From the IMG/VR virus record IMGVR_UViG_3300047160_006395, positions 1-64,000 of that record: a stretch of 64,000 bases of DNA. One strand, 5' to 3'. The stretch's first letter is position 1; each line of letters begins with the position of its first letter. Position numbers and translations under genes: made by a program. Below are positions 46,043 to 56,200 of the stretch, in pieces. The notes below the pieces were generated by a model, which saw only the letters and a list, made by a program, of their open reading frames with translations, ran no database searches and had not been told where the DNA came from. Source of the stretch: a virus.

Positions 46043-49000
46043 CTATCCCTCCGGCGCTGCTGGGTCTATCCCCCTGGTCGACGGTGGGTCCGGCGTCATA
46101 CCCCTGATTGGCTTGATCGTGGGATCAGTGGTCACATTCGCCTGCCATGCTACTGTACTGTCTTCGGCAAGAATGGCCATCGGCAGTGCCTTCGCAGTCT
46201 TGAAGTCCCACAGCGCCCGGGCCGCTTGAAGCACGCACCGCATGACGATACCAGCCACAGAAGTGAAAGCTCGGGTAAGAGTCAGGTCGGCTATCGCATT
46301 GCGCTCAGTCGGGCTCAACCCGATACCAGAATACGGATCAGGAGCCACGACATTGAATTTGACCCATGCTGGCTCAGCTCCTGCTGCGGTGGCCATCAAA
46401 ACGTACTCACCTGGCACGCTAAGATCCGCAGCGGTAGCTTGCAGTTCGTACCAACCATCGGCTACCTCGCTGACAACACCACTAGCCAGCGCCCAGCCAA
46501 CCCCTGGCTTCAACAAACTGACCACCGGCGTGGCGCCAAGTATCGGATCGATCCGATCAGAGCTGGTCAACAAGAACCCAATGGGATATGGGGTATCGTT
46601 GCCTGCCTGTCGGGCCTTGATGGCGATCCCCGCCGGTATACGTGTTCCAACACGCTGAGTCGCCCAACGACCGAACAACGGAACCTTGAGGGTCGTGGTG
46701 TCGGTCGTATGCGTGATGGCCGTGGACTGACTGATGTCCGTGTCCGTCGTATGTGAGATCGGCAACACGTTCAAGAAGATCGAATCTGTGTCGTGCGTTA
46801 CCGTTTGGGGTGCTGGCAGCCATGTATCGGTGGAATGGGCAATGGTCCGTACGATGTTGGCTATGGTGTCAGTGTTGTGAGAAAGGACGACGACGTTGCA
46901 GATCAGTGAGTCTGTCGCGTGTCTGACGGTATAGGTTCCCTGCAAGAACGAATCTACGTAGTTAGGTAGATGCCTTGTGCCACGAAGATCCGTATCCGTG
47001 GTGTGCCATACCTGCGGCAACGGCTCTACGTAAGCATCGGCAGTGTGTGTTCGGGTGAACGCTCCAAACTTCGAGGTATCGGTCGTATGCGCCTTGATCC
47101 GGGTAGCGAGGAGCCTGCTATCGGTCTGGTGAATGATCGTGCGGATGTAGAGATACCGGGCATCGGTCGTGTGGGTCTTCGTCCGCGTCCCGCGCCTGTT
47201 CGTATCGGTGGTATGGGACTTGATGAATGTCTTCCCGTGCAGCATGTCGGTCGTGTGCGTCCGTTTGACCGTTCCCTTCAGCCGCGTATCGGTCGTATGC
47301 GTCTGGGTCGCTACCCCGAACAGCCAGGCATCGGTCTTATGGGTGCGACTGACTGACCCTGCGATATCCGCGTCAGTAACGTGCGCCCGTGTGTAGGTGT
47401 GGAACACGGGTGATAAGTACGTCGTATCGGTGTGGTGAGTAACCTTATAAGTCTGGGCCACTCTACAGTCAGTGGAGTGCGTACAGGTCCCAGATCCCAA
47501 GAGATCAGACTCGGTCTCGTGAAGTACCGTGTAGGTAAAGACCCCTGCTGTCCACGAATAGGTGGTGCAGTCGGTCTTGTGCCTGACTCTGGGCGAGCCA
47601 AGAAGATCGGCATCGGTCCTGTGGTTCTGGGCGAACGTGGCACGAAGATTGGCGTCAGTCGCATGGGCACGGACGATCGTGCCACGGAGATTGGCGTCGG
47701 TCTTGTGATTGCGGCTGACCGTACCGAGAAGGTCAGCATCAGTCTTGTGCGTCCGGGTCATGGCCCCACGCAGATCGGCATCGGTCGTGTGGGTTATGGT
47801 GTAAGTCGCAAAAAGCCCCATGAGCCGGCTGTCGGTGCTATGGGAAATGTAGTGCCACTTGATCAGTGTCGAATCGGTAAGATGAATGATGTTCTCGACC
47901 AGGGTATGCAAACCAACACCGCCCAGCCAGATACCAAAGATGCCCACGAAGCCGGGCGTTTTGACCCCTGGCCGATCCGTGATAAACACGTCGGTGGAGT
48001 GAACCCGCGGGCTCGGACCCATCCACACGTCGGTCTTGTGGTTGAGGAGCTTGGTCTCTTTCAGGTCGCTATCAGTCGAATGCGCGCGGGTGAATGTTCC
48101 CTGAATCAAGGTTGACGTGCTGTGGATCTTGGTAACCGTCAGCAGTAGCCATGCGTCAGTCTTGTGGAATTGGGTATAGGTAGCGTTCCTGAGTGTGTCA
48201 GTGGTGTGTGACTGAAGATAAACGTGATAGGTGGTGGTATCAGTGCTGTGCTGCCGTACCTTCGTTGGACCTCTTGCGTTGAGCAGCTCGATAATGATGC
48301 CGACTGATGGTGCAGCCAGGGTGATCGTCGCATTGGCCGAGTAGGTTCCGATGGCGGTAACGCTAGGATCATTGGCTGCCTGTGAACTGAGCTGGTTTCC
48401 CGTGGCGCCAACGCTCGATATCAGCGTGCCCCCTACGGCAACAAACGGTGGCGGTGTGATGCCGGCTATCGTGGTGCCCCAGCCGACACCCCAGGCGCAG
48501 ACGATGACCTCGGTGTTGACCGGGCTCATCGTGATCGTGATGTAGCCGGTAGCAAGTATGGGGTTGGTGAGACCTGCGCAGTTGGTGGCGCCTATCCCAT
48601 AGATCGCGTCGACGCCGGAGTACTCAATGAGATGGAGATTGCACTTGGTCGCCCCTGACGTGAGATTCCAGGTGCCCGTGGTCAGCTGCGACGCGGCATT
48701 CAGATAGACATAGGCGGCGCCGCCAACGCTGGTGCCATTGATGATCGAGAGAATCTGAGCCCATGCAGGGCTAGGCGGTGTTGGCGTTGCATCCGCGCCA
48801 CCCCGCCAGAAGAGAAAAGCAACCAGGGCATCACCGGGCGTGGTTGCGATGGGCCATGTCCCGGTAACCGTGTTGCCATCGGACGCAGTTCCAGTTTCTT
48901 GAATGAGGACGACAGGCGGAGTTGCCGCAAGAATACCTCGAGTGAGACTGCTGTCGGTGTTGTGCGTTATCGTTCTTGTTACCACTGCCGGCGGGGACAC

Positions 49001-49684
49001 AAGGTAACTGTCGGCCTTGTGAGTTATCGCCACCGTCGTCGTGATCACGCTTTGCAGCTGCATGATGACGCCGACTGATGCCGCCGACAGATTGAGGCCC
49101 AGCGTAGCCGAATAGGTTCCAGCAGCTGTGACGGTAGGGTTGATACCTCCTTGTGAGCCGACCCTGGCCTGCGGAATACCAGTACCGCCAGACTGCGCGC
49201 CGCCCAAATAAGAGAACGACGTCGGTGTGATACCAGTCGGCACGATACCGGAAGCAACGCCCCACCCGACGACGATGGCCTGGTTGTCAGAAAAGGCTTG
49301 CGGACATGTGATCGTCCCGGAGGTGGCTGTATTACCAGTCGCGAGTCCCGGGTTACTCTCACCTATCGGAGTGGTTCGATCGCAACCCGAAAACTCCATG
49401 ATGTGAAGCGTGACACCGTTTACCCCGCTGACAGTCCAGGTACCTGTCGTCGTCTGAGACGGTGCGTTCCGATAGAAATAGCCGTCTCCTCCGACAGATG
49501 AGCCGTTGTAACCATAAGCATCCGAGGTCCAGTTAGGATCCGGTACCGCCGGTACTATCGACCCACCCTTCCAGAAAAGGAGCGCAATCAGGCAATTACC
49601 GGCTGTCGTCGCAGCAGGCCACGTCCCAACGATCGTAGAACCGCTGGAACCAAACTCAGCATGTTGAACAAGTTGAACGGACAT
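46043..49684 (-). CDS. Modular fibre-like protein (1213 aa): two ATTxGN/D beta domains, ~36 HxTD repeats, C-terminal YPIGFLL module
   Basis: Internal repeats visible; C-terminus paralogous to 49697..50275. Confidence 0.8.
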   Translation of the reverse strand: MSVQLVQHAEFGSSGSTIVGTWPAATTAGNCLIALLFWKGGSIVPAVPDPNWTSDAYGYNGSSVGGDGYFYRNAPSQTTTGTWTVSGVNGVTLHIMEFSGCDRTTPIGESNPGLATGNTATSGTITCPQAFSDNQAIVVGWGVASGIVPTGITPTSFSYLGGAQSGGTGIPQARVGSQGGINPTVTAAGTYSATLGLNLSAASVGVIMQLQSVITTTVAITHKADSYLVSPPAVVTRTITHNTDSSLTRGILAATPPVVLIQETGTASDGNTVTGTWPIATTPGDALVAFLFWRGGADATPTPPSPAWAQILSIINGTSVGGAAYVYLNAASQLTTGTWNLTSGATKCNLHLIEYSGVDAIYGIGATNCAGLTNPILATGYITITMSPVNTEVIVCAWGVGWGTTIAGITPPPFVAVGGTLISSVGATGNQLSSQAANDPSVTAIGTYSANATITLAAPSVGIIIELLNARGPTKVRQHSTDTTTYHVYLQSHTTDTLRNATYTQFHKTDAWLLLTVTKIHSTSTLIQGTFTRAHSTDSDLKETKLLNHKTDVWMGPSPRVHSTDVFITDRPGVKTPGFVGIFGIWLGGVGLHTLVENIIHLTDSTLIKWHYISHSTDSRLMGLFATYTITHTTDADLRGAMTRTHKTDADLLGTVSRNHKTDANLRGTIVRAHATDANLRATFAQNHRTDADLLGSPRVRHKTDCTTYSWTAGVFTYTVLHETESDLLGSGTCTHSTDCRVAQTYKVTHHTDTTYLSPVFHTYTRAHVTDADIAGSVSRTHKTDAWLFGVATQTHTTDTRLKGTVKRTHTTDMLHGKTFIKSHTTDTNRRGTRTKTHTTDARYLYIRTIIHQTDSRLLATRIKAHTTDTSKFGAFTRTHTADAYVEPLPQVWHTTDTDLRGTRHLPNYVDSFLQGTYTVRHATDSLICNVVVLSHNTDTIANIVRTIAHSTDTWLPAPQTVTHDTDSIFLNVLPISHTTDTDISQSTAITHTTDTTTLKVPLFGRWATQRVGTRIPAGIAIKARQAGNDTPYPIGFLLTSSDRIDPILGATPVVSLLKPGVGWALASGVVSEVADGWYELQATAADLSVPGEYVLMATAAGAEPAWVKFNVVAPDPYSGIGLSPTERNAIADLTLTRAFTSVAGIVMRCVLQAARALWDFKTAKALPMAILAEDSTVAWQANVTTDPTIKPIRGMTPDPPSTRGIDPAAPEG

Positions 49685-49696
49685 TCATGCCGTCCA

Positions 49697-50275
49697 TTAA
49701 GAGAGCGGACTCTGACCAACGATCGGAGAAGCACCGTCCTGAGCCACGAGCTGTCCTGTCCAGGCCGGATGCGTAGTGTCATCGGTCTCGGTGCATACAG
49801 TAAGCTGGCCGCTCGTTGGATTGACCGCCCACTTGTTGCGAAGCAACCGCATGGCGTTGAGCAGACATCGAGCCGGTATGGTCGAGATCTGGATCACGGT
49901 CTGGGTCCAGTCTCGAGTCAGAATCACGTCGGCCATGGCCGTACGCTCGGCAGGTGATAGGCTGATGGCGGCGAACGGATCATACGCAACGATGTCGTAC
50001 CGCTCGTCGTAAGGATCACAACTAGGCTCGCTGACGTGGATCTTCAGCTCGCCAAGAACACTCACATCGGCCACCTTCTGAGCCCAGCTATACCAGCCAT
50101 TACCTGTCTCGGTGACGACGACAGGCCCAGCCGCGGCGGTAAACGGAGACCCATTCTGGGAGATCGTCAGTTGGAGCGTCCCGGCTTTACCGGTAGCACC
50201 AGTGATATGGTCAGTCTTGAGCACCAGCAAAAACCCGATCGGGTAAGTGGTGTCGTTTTGCTTTCGTTCCTGCAT
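49697..50275 (-). CDS. Stand-alone YPIGFLL anchor-module protein (192 aa)
   Basis: Collinear with the last ~170 aa of 46043..49684; GGAGA RBS; in frame with the upstream giant gene. Confidence 0.75.
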   Translation of the reverse strand: MQERKQNDTTYPIGFLLVLKTDHITGATGKAGTLQLTISQNGSPFTAAAGPVVVTETGNGWYSWAQKVADVSVLGELKIHVSEPSCDPYDERYDIVAYDPFAAISLSPAERTAMADVILTRDWTQTVIQISTIPARCLLNAMRLLRNKWAVNPTSGQLTVCTETDDTTHPAWTGQLVAQDGASPIVGQSPLS

Positions 50276-50278
50276 GGA

Positions 50279-53200
50279 TCAGTCTCCATAACCTAGAGTG
50301 CGCGTTCCCACGCGTTGAGAACGGGATCGGGTCATCACAACCTTGGAAAGAAATGATGAATCAGTAGTATGCGTCCGAGTCCTGGTCCACGGCGGCAAGA
50401 GAGTATCGGTCGTATGGGTCCGGGTACCGATCGATCGCGCCGGATCAAGGAACCAAGCTGAATAATAGGCTGCACCTCCAGTTCCCATGCCGATGTTGAA
50501 CTGAACGTGACCGCTCACGTTCCAGACCATGTAAGCACCAACATTGGCGTTGGTATTCGTGTTCTGCCCTGGATCGATCAAGATGGGATTGCCAGGGTTG
50601 GTGATGTCATAAACGGTGATGAGTTCAGTTGGAACATCCGCAACGTAGATCGACACGGCGTGCACGAGATTGTCATTGATGACGATCGTGATATCCGTGG
50701 CGCCAAAGCCTACGTACATCCCGAGCCCGCCGTAACCCGGCATGATCGGAATCTGAAGATACATCGGCAAAGGATTGGTCTGGGGCGGCACATAGGTGCT
50801 GGTCACATTCCCACCGCTAAGCGTCACCGTAGCGATTAATGACGACGGCAACACATCCGGCTGCCCGCCCAGCTGCATGATCGAGTAACCTTGGCCTCCG
50901 TACGCACCGACCCAATTACCAAGCCGCCAGCTGTCTCGCTGCAAGAAGACCGCAGTCGACGCACTCCTTAAATAACTGTCGGTAATGTGTGTTCTGGTCT
51001 GTGTCTTACGTAGGCTGGCGTCAGTGTTGTGGGTCCGGGTATACGTTATCGGCAGCCCCGGCTTGAACAATAAACTGTCAGTGCCGTGCGTCTTGGTGGA
51101 TGTCTTTCGCACCATGACGTCGGTGAAGTGCTCCTGGATGCGGGTCATGATCCCGCCCACCAGCCCGAACGTGACCATATCGGTGGTATGCTTCTTGGTC
51201 GTCGTCAACATGGGCAGGTTGAACCCGCCAGCCAGCGTCTGGATCTGGTCGTTGGTCAACGCGACGTTATAGATCCGGGCATCATCCATGTTGCCGTAGT
51301 AATACTGGCTGCCGACAGGAGCAGGGCCGCGGAGCGTGCCGCTGCTATAGCTCGCGCCAAGAAACGTAGGCAGATCCGGGCTAGCCTTGGCCAGGCCACC
51401 GGACATGGTAGCCCCACCCGTGTTGACATAGATGGTCCGGGTCGAAGCAGTCGTGACCATGGCAACGAAGGTCCAGACTCCGCCCGGCACAACCATCCAG
51501 GGCTGCGTCGGCGTGAAGAGCTGGTTACTCCCGGAATTGCATGCGGTCGAGGTCAGCACGCCCGAATTGTTAGTCGCCATACCCCAGCCACGGTCGTACG
51601 AAGAAACCTGGTGACCGATGAGTGGCTGGTTGGCATTGGAGCCCATAGTCTGAATCCACATCGTCACCGTGAAATTGGTGGCGAAACCATGAGGCGCCGC
51701 CGGTGTTGATGTGGCGAGGTAAGTATTACCGCTAAGCCCCCGTGGCTCGGCACCGGTCATAACAGGCGTACCGCCGAGTGGGAAGTTACGCGCATGGGGA
51801 TTATAGAAGTGGAGCGGCGCGACCGTCGCAGAGTTTGTCGTACCCCCGTTGACATCAGCGGCATTGGCAGCTGCCCATCCCCAGTCGATCGCGAGCTGGC
51901 CACTCCCGACTTCGTCAAGATTCCAATAGCTAACGAGCGGGCTCTGAAGCAGAATGTCGGTACGATGAATCCTGGTCGACCAGACCAGCAAGGAGTCGGT
52001 CGTATGCGTCTTAGTTGTAGTTATGACCGCGAATGGATCGAAGCCGCCGGCCAGACTCTGCATCTCGTCAACGGTCAGAGCAGAGGCATAAATACGAACA
52101 TCATCGAGATCGCCCTGGAAGTAGTAGCCCGGGTTACCGCTGTAGTCGACGCCAAGCTGTGTGGGAGCGCTCGGATTGGATATCCCCAGCAAATTCGAGG
52201 TCACCTTGCTGCCACCCATACCGACATAGAGAGAGCGGGTCGTGGCAGTTGTGACCATGCCGACGAAAGTCCAGTACCCGGTCGGTACGGTCATCCAGGA
52301 TTCAGTTGGTGTCAGCGTCTGGGTGTCCATGGTGGTGGGTGCCGTCGAGACCAGGAAGCCCTGGTTGTTGGTCATCAGGCCCCAGCCGCCATTTAGTGGT
52401 GCAGGTTGCCTGGTGATGATCGGCTGGTTGCTCTGGCGGATATGCAGCCGGACCCAGGCCGTTACCGTGAAGTTACTGATGAAGTCATGGGCAGGCTGAG
52501 GTCCCGCATCAAGGTAGTCGCCAGGAGGCCCAGGAATACTCATAGGCGGGAAGAAACGGCTGGCCGTGTTGGCGAAGTGAGTCGGCGCTGTGAGTGGTAC
52601 CAGCGTAGAAGCATACGTGCTGCCTGTGTGATCGGTGGCGTTGGCGCCAAGTGGCTGCGAATCAATCGCAACCGGACCAAAGGACCCAGTCTCATCGAGC
52701 TTCCAGTAACTGACCAGCCTGCCGAGAAGGAAAGTATCGGTGCTGTGAACCTGGATCCTGGTCACTAGCGAGGGGAACGAGGTATCGGTGGTATGGGTCT
52801 GGGTTATTGTTTGCCGTAGGCTGGAATCGGTGGTGTGAATCCTGATAAACGTCTTGAGCAGGTTGCTGTCGGTGCTATGAGCCTTGGTTACCGACTTCAC
52901 CAGGTTGCTGTCGGTGCTGTGAGCCCTGGTCATCGCCCCCTTCAGGTCACTGTCAGTACCGTGGGCCCTGGTCATCGCCCCCTTCAGATCGCTGTCGGTA
53001 GCATGAGCCTTGGTTACCGACTTCACTAGATCACTGTCGGTGTTGTGAGTCCTGGTTATGGACTTAACCAGGTTGCTATCGGTGCTGTGTACTCTGGTTA
53101 CCGCTCCCTTCAAGTCGCTGCTGGTACTGTGGACCCTGGTGAACGTCGCGCGCAAGTTGCTGTCGGTGTTATGGGTCTTGGTTACCGACTTCACCAGATC

Positions 53201-56200
53201 GCTATCGGTGCCATGACCCACGGTGAACGTCTTGCGTAGCAGGCTGTCGGTACCATGAGCCCTGGTTATTGCTCCCTTCAGATCGCTGTCGGTGTTGTGA
53301 ACCTTGGTGAACGTCTTGAGCAGATTGCTGTCGGTGTTGTGAGTTCTGGTGAATGTCTTGAGCAGATTGCTGTCGGTGCTATGAACCCTGGTTACCGGCC
53401 CTTTCAGATCGCTGCTGGTGGTGTGGGTTATGATCACCGTGTTCACCGAAAGCACATAGCTATCGGCGGTATGAGCCCTGGTTTGTGTCCCCTTCAGATC
53501 GCTGCTGGTGGTGTGGGTCTTGGCCACTATCAGCGGCAGCAAGGTATCAGTGGTATGGGCCTTGGTGTACGTCTTGCGAAGCAAGCCATCAGTGCTGTGA
53601 TTCCTGGTGAACGTCGCGCGCAGCCAGCTATCGGTGTTATGGATCCGGGTGAACGTCGCTCGCTTCGAGGTGTCAGTCGTGTGCGTCTTGGTGAACGTCG
53701 CGAGCAAATTGGCATCAGTGCTGTGAGTCCTGGTGTACGTCTCGCGCAGCCAGCTATCGGTGCCGTGGGCCCTGGTAAATGTCGCGCGCTGCAAAGTATC
53801 GGTGTTGTGCGTCTTGCCACCAACCGACTTCGGTGGATCGATGAACCAGGCCGAGAAGATAACGAAGTTGGTATTAGTTGGAACCCCGGTCATGACGACC
53901 TTGATCCGGCCGCTCGCGTTCCAGACCATGTAAACACTGGTGTACTGCGGTAGCGGCGAGTACTCACCCGGATCGATCAAGATGGGGTTGTTAGGATCAG
54001 TGACGTTATAGACCGTAAAAGTAGCTTGTAGGTTGTTCCCCGCGTTGGGCATCGCCGCGTAGACCGCTATTGAATGCGAACGGCCATCGTCAAGATCGAA
54101 CGTGATGCTCACGGGATTGTTTTGCCAGTAGCCCGCAAGTCCGGCGTAGCCAGGCATACTGGGGATCGGAAGATAAAGTGGATTCGGGGTTGTCGTGGGG
54201 GGAATCCACGAGCTATTGAGGCTTCCATTAGCCAAAGTCACCGAGCATTTCGGCGGCAATACATCTGCCTGTCCGCCCAGGCCCAAGAGCGAATAACCCT
54301 GCGTGCCATACGGGCCAACCCAGGAACCATTCCGCCAGGTATCCTGCTGCACGAATGTCGCGCTTGCCGTTTGGAACAGGTAGCTGTCAGTACTGTGGGT
54401 CCTGGTAAATGTCTCGCGTAGATCGCTATCGGTGTTGTGGGTCTTGGTAAATGTCTTGACCAGACTGGCGTCAGTGTTGTGTGTTTTAGCCGACGTCTTG
54501 AGTAGGTCGCTGTCAGTGCCGTGGGTCTTGCTAACCGTCAAGCGCAACCAACTATCGGCGCTGTGCGTCTTGCTATACGTCGCGCGTAGATTGGCATCAG
54601 TGTTGTGAGTCCTGGTGAACGTCGCCCGCTTCGAGGTATCGGTCGTGTGCGTCTTGGTGAACGTCGCGAGCAGATTGGCATCAGTGGTATGTGTCCTGAT
54701 GTACGTCGCGCGCAGGTTGGCATCCGTACTGTGAATCCTGACGAATGTCGCACGAAGTAAGCTATCAGTGTTGTGGGTCTTGCTGAACGTCGCGCGCAGA
54801 TTGGCATCAGTACCGTGGGTCTTGCTGAACGTCGCACGCAGATCGCTGTCAGTGCTGTGTGCCTTGGTGTTGACCGACCGCACCGGATCGATGAACCAGC
54901 CATTGAGCACTGAATCCGGACCCGTCAGCGCGATCTGGAATTGAACCCGGCCACTTACGTTCCAGACCATGTAGACGCCGGTGGTGTTGATGTCACCCGA
55001 GTTCTGACTGGGGCAGATCAGAACAGGACTACCAGGACTGGTGACGTCATAGACCGAGACGTTCTGCGGACTGGAAAAACAGGCCGCGTAAAGTGAGACC
55101 GCATGGATCTTGCCGTCATCAAGATTGACCGTGACGGTTAAATTCCCGGGACCGTAATAGAGCGAGAGCCCGGCCTGTACGTACGGGCTAGGAGGAATCA
55201 GGAGATACCGCGGGTCGGCAGGAGTATTAACGGGGCCGTGACCACTCCAAGGATTGACCAGGCCACCGCCGGCAAGGGTCACTGTGCAATGCAGCGGTAG
55301 AACATCGGGCGTGCCGCTCAAACTCAGGATCGAGTAACCCTGAGACCCATAGGCATAAGGCCAACCCTTACCATTGCACGAAGCATCACGCTGCAAGTAC
55401 GTCGCGCTTGCCGGGAAGAACAGGTAACTGTCGGTGTTATGGGTCCTGGTAAGCGTCGCATTCCGTAGGGTATCGGTACTGTGAGTTTTGATGAACGTCG
55501 CGTTCTTTAAGACGTCAGTGCTGTGAGCCTTGGTAAACGTCGCGATCAGTCCGGTATCAGTACTGTGAGTCTTGGTCAGCGTTATGAATGTCGACGTCAA
55601 GGTGTCGGTGCTATGGGTCTGCGTCACGACATTGACGAGACCTGGATCACCACCATTGGCCAAAGTGCTGATCTGGTCGAAAGAAAGCGGGACGTTGTAA
55701 AAGCGGATCTCGTCCATGTCGCCGATCATTCCGGCGGCAGTGGCATCGGTATATAAAGAATTTATGCGTGTCGGGAGATCCGTGCTGGCAGCCGGCAAAA
55801 AGGGCGAAGAATAGATCGATCGCTTACCGTTCACGTAAACGTAACGAGTGGTCGCTGTCACGACGCCCGCGAGATGGACCCAAGTATTAGCCGGAAGGGC
55901 ACCCAGATCATTGCCTACCAGCGGGTTGGAAGCAGAACCCGAGCACGCATAGAAATTCAGCAAGTTACTGCCATCAGTCAGCAGACCCCAGCCGCGGTTA
56001 TTTGTGGAGATCTGATGGCTTATGATCGGCCTGCCCTTAGATGAGCTGGAGAAGCGAACCCAGGCCGTGATGGAGAAGTTACTCGTGAGTCCGTGAGCCG
56101 GCAGTGGGTTAGCTGTCGTGAGAAAATTGCCACTGGCGCCCGAGAAGTTACGACCACGCGGGTTGTTGAGATAAGGCCAAGTTGGCGCGGAGATCGGCGC

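Noticed and set aside
52740-54870. 42-bp periodic repeats resembling a CRISPR array (also 5100-5650, 46700-48260, 56330-56690)
   Set aside because: They are degenerate in-frame coding repeats with no constant repeat/unique spacer structure, and there are no cas genes.
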